Shown piece after piece: positions 38,867 through 47,421 of a stretch of DNA of 48,459 nucleotides (positions are counted from its first letter, which is position 1; the number at the start of each line of letters is the position of its first letter). The position numbers were made by a program, and so were the translations under genes. This DNA is from Candidatus Eiseniibacteriota bacterium. Its GTDB lineage: Bacteria > Eisenbacteria > RBG-16-71-46 > DASYSL01. The stretch is taken from positions 1 to 48,459 of the forward strand of contig JANPEF010000023.1 in assembly GCA_031431875.1 (NCBI GenBank), in the 5' to 3' direction. The notes under the pieces were generated by a model. That model ran no database searches. It saw nothing but the letters and a program-made list of their open reading frames with translations, and was not told the origin of the DNA.

Positions 38867-41800
38867 ATGCCTCGATTCTCCCGCGTTTGCCCCGGAGTCA
38901 CGCTTCTCCTGGCGCTCGTTTCCTCATTCGCCCCTCCCGGGGGTCACGCCGGGCCGAGCATCAGCGGCCGCTGGACCAGCAAGTACGATCCGGCCGCCCG
39001 CTGGCTCAACGCCGGGGGAGCGCCCTCACCGGCGGTGCACATGATTCTGACGCGAGGATACGGCGGCTACCACAGCCAGATCCTGTGGTACGACAGTCAC
39101 ACGGTGCCCAACTCCTTGTTTCACGGCGGGCTCATGGGCTGGAAGCCCGAATCAACGGCCACCGACGGCGATTGCAGCAGCTATCCGGCGACTCGGCTGA
39201 TTCCGCTGACGCTGGGCAACCCCGCAACCAACATATTCTGCAGCGGGCACAGCGCGCTGGCATCGGGCAAGATCCTGATCACCGGCGGGACGGAGAAGGG
39301 CGAAGTGGGCATGACCTCCTCGATCGTCTTCGATCCGGCGACGCGGACGTGGTCGCCCCAGGGCGAGATGGCGCAGCGCCGCTGGTACCCGACGAACACC
39401 ACGCTACCGGATGGTCGCGTGATGGTTTCATCGGGATCGCGCTTCGCGCAGATGCACGGCTTCGGCGGGCGCAACAACGCCGGAACTCTGGCGGCGGACA
39501 GTCTCGAGTTCCTCGGCATGACCCTGGCCGGGCAGTGGAACGGTCGCGGCAAGACCGTAGACCTCACTTCGTGGCCTCTGGCGCGCGACGCGCACACCTC
39601 ATGCTGGAATCCGACGAACAGCGAGTGGACCCTCCTCGGGGGGCGCAATCAGAATGGCACGTATCGCGACGACACGTACTTCATGTACCAGAACCCCGAC
39701 AAGGATCAACGAGAGGACTACACCGCGATCAAGGTCGCAGCAGGCTCACTGCCCCCATCGGCGCGTGCCTGGGGCAGTCTTGTCGCTCCCGCGGATTCCA
39801 TGATCCTCTTCGGTGGGCTCGAGGAAAACGGTGTGCTAAATGATGTCCACAGCCTCTGGCGGTTCTACGACCCGCTCAGCGGGGCGGTAGTTTGGAGCTG
39901 GCGCAACATGAGTTCGGTGCTCGCCGGAACCGCGCCCTCCGCGCGGCACGGCCACACTGCGGTCTGGGACACGACGAACAAGCGCATGCTCGTCTTCGGC
40001 GGCGCTGCGGCGGACGGAACGCCACTCGACAGCACGCTATACGCCCTTTCGATCGCAGACACGGGCGCGGTGGGCTGGAGCACGCCGACCGTCGAAGACG
40101 ACGACTACCATGGACGCCCGAGCATGCGTGACGGCCACCTGCTCGTGAACGATCCGTACGAGCGCACTCCGGCGTACGGTGGGGCGCTGAGTGGCTACAA
40201 GCGCCGATTCGTTCTCTTCGGTGGTCGGAAGGGCTCTTCCCTCCTCAACGACCTGTGGCTTCTCTGGGTGCCTTCGCCGGGTGCGGGCAACTACCGCTGG
40301 CAGAAGGTCAATCCGGGCGGGACGCTGCCGAGCGGGCGCTTCCACCTCGCCGGCGACTTCGACTACAACGACCGCCTCGTCATCACCGGGGGGGATCTCG
40401 GGGGCACGGTCACCGACCAGACCTGGGCGATCCCGGGCGAAGAGATGACCAACTACCCTCCCGAGCCCTGGGTCGCACTCGCGCCCAACCCGAACGGACC
40501 GCGCACGAACCACTCGATGTTTGCGCGCAGGATGCTGTGGGCCCGCCAGCAGGAGGTCTTCAACCCCGCGACCGGCCAGTGGGCGACACTCGGCACGCCC
40601 CCGGCGCAGAAGAGTCAGGACTGGTACCCGTCCCACTTCGTGTTGCCGAATTCAGACTCCCTGCGTGTCTTCGCCGCCGGGCCGGACACCAGTTCGTACG
40701 TGCTCAACCTCACCGCCAATCCGCCGACGTGGCGTTTCGTCTCGAAGTCGGGCACCGTTCAGGTTCCCTTCCGTGGCGGCTCGGCCGTGATGTACCGGCC
40801 CGGGTCGTTCATGAAGTGCGGCTCGCGCGATACGGATCGGCAGGACTACGTCGCCTTCGCCACGACCAAGACGCTCGACATCTCGACCACCACCTACGGC
40901 ACGCCGCCGGCCACGTGGACGACCCGGCAGGACATGGGCGCGCCGCGCGTCAACCACAACCTGACGATCCTTCCGACCGGCCAGGTGCTGGTCAACGGGG
41001 GCACCCAGAAGGTCAACAACGACGGCAACGAGCAGCCGGTGTTCACCCCGCAGTTGTGGAACCCGACGAACAAGACCTGGAGCGCCTTCACGGGGACCTA
41101 TGCGCTGGCGCCGGACAACACGATCCGCGGCTACCACTCGAACGCCATCCTCCTGCCGGACGGACGCGTTCTCAGTTCCTCCGGGGCCTCGTACACCTCG
41201 GGGGATTCAGCGGACCTCGACTCCAAGCGCGTCACGATCTTCTGCCCGCCCTATCTCTTCGACGCCAACGGCAATCTCAAGTCCCGGCCGACCCTGGTCT
41301 CGGCGCCGGATTCGATCGACTACGGAACCTCGTTTGCGATCGAGATGTCCACCAGCGCCACCATCGTCAACGTCTGCCTGATCAAGCCCGCGGCCAGCAC
41401 CCACGCGTTCAACCAGGACCAGCGCTATCTTCCGCTCACTTTCGAGGCCTGCGACAACTGGCTGTCGGTCACCGCACCGGCGAGTGCGCGCTGGGCACCG
41501 CCGGGGGACTACATGCTATTCATCGTGCGCAGCGACAACATGCCATCGATCGCCAGATGGGTCCGCATCGGCGCTCCGGATCCCAACGGCGAGCTGCCGC
41601 CCTGCCAGTGGGGTGGTTTCGCTGCGATGTCCGGCGAATCCGGCACCGGCTGGAGCGCAGGCGAGCCGCTGGCGACGGCCGAGGAGTCGGCGACCGCGTC
41701 ACCGATGGCCGGCCTCGAGGCGGTGAGTGGCCAGTACGCGCTCCGCATCACCCAGGGCGATGCCTCGCACTCGACGATCGATCGGGTGCGCCTCACGGCG

Positions 41801-42781
41801 GTCGATCATGCCGCCGACGCTGAAGCGTTCGCGGCCCGGGACCGGATCTTGATCGGAACGCGACTGCCGGCCCTCGCCGTCCGCGGGCCCGGGGGAGACC
41901 TGACGGGTCCCGCGACGGAGGCCCCGAATCAGGCGCTCACCCTCGCTGCCGGAAGCGGGATCGACATTTCTCTCGCGCTGCCCGGAGTCGCAGGCGCGCG
42001 CTCGCCGCTGGTCTTCGAGGCGCGGGTCCAATCGGCGGCCACCGACGCAGGAGATGCTGCCCCGGCCATTCGGATCCTGACGCGTGGCGCGGCCCGGGCG
42101 TGGACCGCGCATGGGTCGCTCACGCCGCGACCCAACTTCGCGACCTTCGCGGTCGATTCGTGCACGAGCGAGGTGCGCATCGAATGCGACCGCGCGGTGC
42201 AGATCCGACGCATCAGCTCGATCGCGGTGGTGACGTCGAGGACTCGTCCCATTCCGTTGAGTCTCGTCTCGGCAAGCCGCGATGCGGCGGGCGTGGCGGG
42301 ATCCGAACTGGCCAACATCGACCCGCAGCGAGTGGAGCTTGGACCGGGAGAAACGCTCACCCTGCACTGGGGGGCAGAGCCGGTTGCGGCGGGATTCACG
42401 CGCTCGCTCTTCGCCGATGTGGAGTCGCGAACGTCATCGACGCTCGCCGGAAGTGCATCCCTGGCGAGTTTGCGCGGGATTGCCCCGGCCGAAGCGTGGA
42501 CATTTGCGCTGGGGGCGAGCCGTCCCAACCCCTCGTCCGGGCAGGCCCAGATCGACTACTCGCTAGCACACCCGACGCATGTTCGCATCCGCATCTTCGA
42601 TGCGGCGGGTCGACAGGTGCGCCGCCTGATCGACAAGGAGTCAGCAGGTGGCCCCCACGTGGTGGTGTGGGACGGAACCAACGACCACGGACGCCCTGTC
42701 GGCAGCGGCGTCTTCTTCTACCGCATGAACGCGGGGAACTGGCAGAGTCAGAAGAAGATGCTGCTCGTACGGGCCGACTGA
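38867..42781 (+). CDS. Secreted copper radical oxidase (galactose/glyoxal oxidase, AA5-like) with inserted kelch propeller, DUF1929-type Ig domain and C-terminal FlgD-Ig
   Basis: FCSG (Cys), RWYPT (Tyr), RGYHS (Tyr-His) and STHAF (His) ligand motifs; PPYLF; PPGDYMLF; C-terminal PNPSSG...WDGTNDHGRPVGSGVFFYR. Confidence 0.88.
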   Translation: MPRFSRVCPGVTLLLALVSSFAPPGGHAGPSISGRWTSKYDPAARWLNAGGAPSPAVHMILTRGYGGYHSQILWYDSHTVPNSLFHGGLMGWKPESTATDGDCSSYPATRLIPLTLGNPATNIFCSGHSALASGKILITGGTEKGEVGMTSSIVFDPATRTWSPQGEMAQRRWYPTNTTLPDGRVMVSSGSRFAQMHGFGGRNNAGTLAADSLEFLGMTLAGQWNGRGKTVDLTSWPLARDAHTSCWNPTNSEWTLLGGRNQNGTYRDDTYFMYQNPDKDQREDYTAIKVAAGSLPPSARAWGSLVAPADSMILFGGLEENGVLNDVHSLWRFYDPLSGAVVWSWRNMSSVLAGTAPSARHGHTAVWDTTNKRMLVFGGAAADGTPLDSTLYALSIADTGAVGWSTPTVEDDDYHGRPSMRDGHLLVNDPYERTPAYGGALSGYKRRFVLFGGRKGSSLLNDLWLLWVPSPGAGNYRWQKVNPGGTLPSGRFHLAGDFDYNDRLVITGGDLGGTVTDQTWAIPGEEMTNYPPEPWVALAPNPNGPRTNHSMFARRMLWARQQEVFNPATGQWATLGTPPAQKSQDWYPSHFVLPNSDSLRVFAAGPDTSSYVLNLTANPPTWRFVSKSGTVQVPFRGGSAVMYRPGSFMKCGSRDTDRQDYVAFATTKTLDISTTTYGTPPATWTTRQDMGAPRVNHNLTILPTGQVLVNGGTQKVNNDGNEQPVFTPQLWNPTNKTWSAFTGTYALAPDNTIRGYHSNAILLPDGRVLSSSGASYTSGDSADLDSKRVTIFCPPYLFDANGNLKSRPTLVSAPDSIDYGTSFAIEMSTSATIVNVCLIKPAASTHAFNQDQRYLPLTFEACDNWLSVTAPASARWAPPGDYMLFIVRSDNMPSIARWVRIGAPDPNGELPPCQWGGFAAMSGESGTGWSAGEPLATAEESATASPMAGLEAVSGQYALRITQGDASHSTIDRVRLTAVDHAADAEAFAARDRILIGTRLPALAVRGPGGDLTGPATEAPNQALTLAAGSGIDISLALPGVAGARSPLVFEARVQSAATDAGDAAPAIRILTRGAARAWTAHGSLTPRPNFATFAVDSCTSEVRIECDRAVQIRRISSIAVVTSRTRPIPLSLVSASRDAAGVAGSELANIDPQRVELGPGETLTLHWGAEPVAAGFTRSLFADVESRTSSTLAGSASLASLRGIAPAEAWTFALGASRPNPSSGQAQIDYSLAHPTHVRIRIFDAAGRQVRRLIDKESAGGPHVVVWDGTNDHGRPVGSGVFFYRMNAGNWQSQKKMLLVRAD

Positions 42782-42909
42782 AGGAGTTCGGTGGGTAGTC
42801 GCGGAGCATCAAATTGACCCTGCTCCGATTTGGCTGATCATCGCGAGTGTGGGGTCCAGTGCCACGTCCACACCGGCCGCGGTGTGGGTCCCGCGCGCGT
42901 GGTGAATGA

Positions 42910-45270
42910 CTAGCCGGCGACCTCGGGCATGGGCTCCGTCGCTGGCGCCAGCACCCACGCCGCGCCATACACCAGCGCGCCCGCGAGCAGCGTCGCCGTG
43001 TAGCCGTTGTTGATCGCGATCGTCATCGCCAGCACCGAGCCGAACACCGAGAAGCCGCCGTTCACCGACCACGCCCACGGCACCAGTGCGGCGCGCCCGG
43101 CGGACAATCGCCGCAACGCAAGCGGCAGGGCCTGGCCCAGCGCGAAGCCGACCGGCAGCAGCACCAGCACCGCGACCGCGATGCGCCCGGCGCGCGGCAA
43201 CGGCAACAGCGCGTGGAACAACGGCGGGAGCAGGAACGCGACCACCACGATCATCGCGAGGATCACCGCCAGGCGCCGCCGCAACGCCGGACCGCTCGCC
43301 GCGAGCGCGATCCCCTGCGTGGTGCGCGCCCCCAGGCCCGCGGCGACGAGCAGCGTCGCCAGGACGACCGACAGCGCGAGTGCGGGGTGTCCGAGGAACA
43401 GCAGAACGCGCTGCAGCAAGCCGATCTCGACCAGCATGAAGCCCAGCCCCAGCGCGCCGAAGAACGCGATCGCCCCGGCGGTGCGCGGGCGTGCCGTCTC
43501 GCCGTCGCCGCGGTCGCCGCGTTTGCCACGCAGCGCCAGCGCCGGCAGGAGCGCCAGCGCCGCGCACAGCGCCGCCGAGGTGAACAGGAGCGCGACGAGC
43601 AGAAACACGGCGCGGGCGTGGACGCGCTCGCCGCTCAGGTCGAGCAGTCCCTTCCAGAAGACGTCCGGCCGCACCACGTAGAAGAAGAACGGGCGGTCAT
43701 CGTCGACCGCCGACAGGTCGAGCGCCTGAGCGCGCACCACGTCGCGGTAGTCGGCGGCGGCGAGCATCGCGCCGGAGATACCGCGCCCCGCGCGGCCGGG
43801 CGCGGCAATGAGTTCGATGCCGCCGGGCGCCGCCCACGCCTCGAGGGCGCGCACGTCGGCCTCGGCGAATGGCGTCGGGCGAACCAGCACGCTCGCCCGG
43901 TCGTCCTTCCGCAGGACGATCACGTGCCGCCCCGGCGCGCTTACGCCGCGGCGCCGCAGCGCTTCGCAGGCAAGCGCGACGAGCCGCGCGGTCTGTTGCG
44001 GCGGCTCCTCGAAGTAGCGCTGAACGGCGACGATCCCGGTCGGCGCCAGGTGATCGAGGTAGTCCCCGTACGCCTCGACCGTGTAGAGGGTGTTCTCGGT
44101 GAGCGCGAACGCGCCGGCCGTCGTCGCCGCGTAGGTGTCGATGTAGCCCGCCTGGATCAGGTCGAAGTGCTCCGCCGAGCGGCGGATGTAGCTGCGCGCT
44201 TCGTCGGTCTCGATGCGCACGTTCGGCCCGCCGTAGATCCCGCCCGCGAACGACGCGAACGGTCCCGTCATCGCCTCGACGATCAGGCCATTCACCTCGA
44301 CCGCCGTCACGTCCGCCGCGTCGGCCGCGCGCGCGACCGCCAGGTCCACGCCTCCGCCCGGTCCGATCACCAGCACGCGCGGGCGTGCCAGCAGGGCGTA
44401 CGGTGCCGCGATCAGGTCGTCGAGCAGGAAGCGCACGCTCTCGGCCCGGCCGTCCCAGCGACCGATCACCGTGTTCGAGGCCGCGTCGATCTGCAGCAGC
44501 AGCGAGTCAGGCTCGCCGTAGCCGCGCACGGTGACGCGCGAGAACGCATTCCACTTCTCGAAGCGGATGTCCGTGAGCTCGCGCCCGCGCGAGAACTTGA
44601 TCGCGAGGAACGGAGACGTCGCCTGCAGCGCCGCAGTGGCGAGGAGCGCGACGGCGAGGGCGACCGACAGGGCGAACTGCCTGCGCTTCCCCGTGCCACG
44701 CGTGAAGGCCGCCGCGCCGAGCGCGGCGAATGAGCCGGCGACGAACAGCGCGCCGGGGCCGCCCGACCACTCGAGCGCGACGATCGCCAGCAGGCAGCCG
44801 ACGCCCGCGCCAAGAAGATCGGCCGCATACAGGCGCCCCGCCTCGGCACCGCGGTGACGGAACAGCAACGCGCCGACCAGACCGCCGGCAAGGAACGGGA
44901 TCGCTCCCGCGAAGTACAGTGCGACCATGGCAAGCGCATCGCCCGCGCCGAAACCGGCGGGGCGGTTGAAGCTGGTGAGGTAGCGATAGGCGGGATTGTC
45001 GGCGAGCAGGAGGAACGACGCCGGCGCGAGCACGGCGAGCGCGATCGAGGCGCCCCACACCTGCGTCCGCAGGCCCGACGCGGGGAACGCGCGCGGCGCC
45101 AGTTGCACCGCGAGGCCTCCGGCGGCGAGGCCGAACAACGCGATCGACAGGGCGAAGAACGCGAAGTGGTACCACATCACGACCGACAGAATGCGCGTCA
45201 GCGCGATCTCGGTGATCAGCAGCGCGGCGGTGACGAGCGCGAGCCCGGGCGCGAATCCGCCCGCGCTCAC
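42910..45270 (-). CDS. Multi-TM spermidine-synthase-like / class I SAM-dependent membrane protein
   Basis: EIALTRILSV, LYAADLLGAG, WNAFSRV, VIGPGGGVD, AVEVN, ENTLYTVEA, GFMLVEI, WAWSVNG; start placed at the GTGA overlap at 45270 (alternative 45303). Confidence 0.82.
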   Translation of the reverse strand: MSAGGFAPGLALVTAALLITEIALTRILSVVMWYHFAFFALSIALFGLAAGGLAVQLAPRAFPASGLRTQVWGASIALAVLAPASFLLLADNPAYRYLTSFNRPAGFGAGDALAMVALYFAGAIPFLAGGLVGALLFRHRGAEAGRLYAADLLGAGVGCLLAIVALEWSGGPGALFVAGSFAALGAAAFTRGTGKRRQFALSVALAVALLATAALQATSPFLAIKFSRGRELTDIRFEKWNAFSRVTVRGYGEPDSLLLQIDAASNTVIGRWDGRAESVRFLLDDLIAAPYALLARPRVLVIGPGGGVDLAVARAADAADVTAVEVNGLIVEAMTGPFASFAGGIYGGPNVRIETDEARSYIRRSAEHFDLIQAGYIDTYAATTAGAFALTENTLYTVEAYGDYLDHLAPTGIVAVQRYFEEPPQQTARLVALACEALRRRGVSAPGRHVIVLRKDDRASVLVRPTPFAEADVRALEAWAAPGGIELIAAPGRAGRGISGAMLAAADYRDVVRAQALDLSAVDDDRPFFFYVVRPDVFWKGLLDLSGERVHARAVFLLVALLFTSAALCAALALLPALALRGKRGDRGDGETARPRTAGAIAFFGALGLGFMLVEIGLLQRVLLFLGHPALALSVVLATLLVAAGLGARTTQGIALAASGPALRRRLAVILAMIVVVAFLLPPLFHALLPLPRAGRIAVAVLVLLPVGFALGQALPLALRRLSAGRAALVPWAWSVNGGFSVFGSVLAMTIAINNGYTATLLAGALVYGAAWVLAPATEPMPEVAG

Positions 45271-45562
45271 GTCGGCCGGGGCCGCGCGCACAGCGCCCGC
45301 CACGGACCATCGTGACGACGAGCGCGGCGAGGCAGGCGAGCGCGATCAGCGCGGCGATCACGAGCCGCATCCCGGCGCGACGGACCCGCCGGTCATCGGC
45401 CTCGGCCCGCCGGCGCAGGGTGGCGTTGTCGCGCGTCAGCTCCTCGACCGTGGCTTCGGCCCGACCGACGCGCTCGCGCAAGGTGCGCGCCTCGGTCTCG
45501 GCGGCGCCGATGCGGCGCGTGATCGCGTCCTCGTAGCCCGTGCCGTGGCCGCCCTCGCTCAC
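45267..45562 (-). pseudogene. Small coiled-coil + TM protein with an apparent 1-nt frameshift near its 3' end
   Basis: GGAGG RBS, GTG overlapping the argH stop; coiled coil then LVIAALIALACLAALVV. The TGA overlapping the next start (45267-69) is 1 nt out of frame (296 nt). Confidence 0.55.
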
Positions 45563-46992
45563 CGGTCCTCCGTCGGGTCGACCAGCCGCGCTTCGAGCGA
45601 GGCGATTGCCTCCCGCACGCGCGCCGGCGCCGTCCCGCCGACCTGGGCGCGTCGCGCCAGCGCGGCATCGAGCGACAGGCCGCCGACGACCGCGGGGGTG
45701 AACACCGGATCGAGCGCGGTCCACTCCGCTGCCGTGAGGTCCTCGAGGCGTCGTGCCGCTCCCGCTTCGCCCGGCACGTCGAGCGCCTGCACCGCGAGAG
45801 CGACCTTCGCGTAGGCGTCGCGGAACGGCAATCCCGACGCGGTGAGCCGTTCGGCGAGCTCGGCCGCGAGGATCCACTCGCCGAGCGCACCGCGCGTCCG
45901 CGCCTCGTCGAAGACGAGCCCGCGCACCGTCCCCGCCATCGCCCGCACCACGCCGAGCGCGGTGTCGAAAGCGTCGAACAGCGCTTCCTTGTCCTCCTGC
46001 AGGTCCTTGTTGTAGCCGCTCGGCAGCGCCTTGAACGTCGCCGCAAGCCCCGCATAACGGCCGAGCACTCGACCTGCCTTCCCGCGCGCCAGCTCGCACG
46101 CATCGGCATTGCGCTTCTGGGGCAACGCCGACGACCCGGTGGTGAACGCATCGGGCAATCGCACGAAGCCGAACTCGCGACTCGAGAAGAGGATCAGGTC
46201 TTCGGCCAGCCGCGAAGCGTGGATCGTCGCCAGGTTCACCGCGTGCAGGAAGCCGAGTGCGAAGTCGCGATCGCTCACCGCGTCGATCGAGTTCTCGGCC
46301 GGCCCGGCGAAGCCGAGGTCACGTGCCAGCGCCACGCGATCGATGGCCAGCGGCGTCCCCGACAGCGCCGCCGCCCCGAGCGGACACGCCGCCAGCGTCG
46401 CCGCCCGCACTTGCCCGAAGCGCCGGCGATCGCGCGCGAACGCTTCGGCATGCGCCAGCGCCCAGTGGGCGGCGAGCACGGGCTCGGCCTGTTGCAGGTG
46501 CGTGTACCCCGGGAGCACGACGCCATGATCGAGCAGGACTGCGGCCTGCCCGGACAGCGCGTGCGCCAGGCTCGTCACCTCGGCCAGCAGGCGATCGGCC
46601 GCCTCGGCGGTCCACAGCCTGAGGTCGGTCGCCACCTGGTCGTTGCGGCTCTTGCCGCGATGAATGCCCCGACCGGCGTCGCCGACCCGGCGTGTGAGCT
46701 CGGCCTCGACCAGCGTATGGACGTCCTCGGCATCGCCCCGCGCGGCCTCGGTGGGGGAGAGCTCGCGCCCGATCGCCTCGAGGGCGCCGGCGATGCGCGC
46801 CACGTCGTCCGCCGCCAGGAGCCCGGCCCGCCCGAGCGCGCGCGCCCACGCCGCATTGAGCCTGAGGTCATGCGGGAGCAAGCGGACGTCGAAGGGCAGG
46901 GAGCGCTGGAAGGCGAAGAACTCGGGGTCGGGAGGGCCGGCGTTGCGGCCCTTCCAGAGCGGGTCGGTGCGTTTGACGTCGGGTGCGGTCAT
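45559..46992 (-). CDS. argH: Argininosuccinate lyase
   Basis: AGGAGG RBS; LWKGR, EDVH, GKSRNDQVATD, PGYTHLQ, SDRDF, TGSSALPQKRNAD, YNKDLQEDK, PFRDAY. Confidence 0.95.
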   Translation of the reverse strand: MTAPDVKRTDPLWKGRNAGPPDPEFFAFQRSLPFDVRLLPHDLRLNAAWARALGRAGLLAADDVARIAGALEAIGRELSPTEAARGDAEDVHTLVEAELTRRVGDAGRGIHRGKSRNDQVATDLRLWTAEAADRLLAEVTSLAHALSGQAAVLLDHGVVLPGYTHLQQAEPVLAAHWALAHAEAFARDRRRFGQVRAATLAACPLGAAALSGTPLAIDRVALARDLGFAGPAENSIDAVSDRDFALGFLHAVNLATIHASRLAEDLILFSSREFGFVRLPDAFTTGSSALPQKRNADACELARGKAGRVLGRYAGLAATFKALPSGYNKDLQEDKEALFDAFDTALGVVRAMAGTVRGLVFDEARTRGALGEWILAAELAERLTASGLPFRDAYAKVALAVQALDVPGEAGAARRLEDLTAAEWTALDPVFTPAVVGGLSLDAALARRAQVGGTAPARVREAIASLEARLVDPTEDR

Positions 46993-47035
46993 CGAGGCCC
47001 TCCTGACCGGGAAAGTGCGAGCGGAAGGCCCGCAG

Positions 47036-47332
47036 GTCAACCGAACGTTGTGCCCACTTGATTGTGGGTGAGGGCATCCTGCCATGATGATTGCGTAACC
47101 GGATGCACTACAATCATATACGAGACAATCCCGCGGCTCGAGTCTGGGTGGCGGTGGTCGTTCCGGGCCTGCTTCCCGGGGGTCCGCACGAGCTTGTCCC
47201 AGTGAACCGGCCGGCCCGGGAGCCGCACCGGCCCCAGACCGGACGAAGGTCTCTTCGGGAACGCTCATTGCTTCAATGGGTTACGGATCCGATCCGCACA
47301 CACAATCAAGTGGGCACAACGTTCGGGTTGAC
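47036..47332. repeat. Intergenic element bounded by ~31-bp inverted repeats, each ending in an outward TTGAC
   Basis: ccgaacgttgtgcccacttgattgtg (47041-66) is the exact reverse complement of 47301-26; gtcaa/ttgac extend it; further inner complementary blocks. Confidence 0.85.
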
Positions 47333-47421
47333 TCCCTCGCTTGGTCCTGCGACTCTGACGCGCGACTTTTCAGGACGAGCTAAGTTCCCTACTTACCACA
47401 GGATCGACGATTCCGGACCGG

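Noticed and set aside
36674..42910. Prophage or integrative element
   Set aside because: No integrase, phage genes, tRNA target or att-like direct repeats were seen.
47140..47240. SRP (4.5S) RNA, suggested by GGAAGCAG on the minus strand
   Set aside because: The required CAGG...GNRA loop context is absent.
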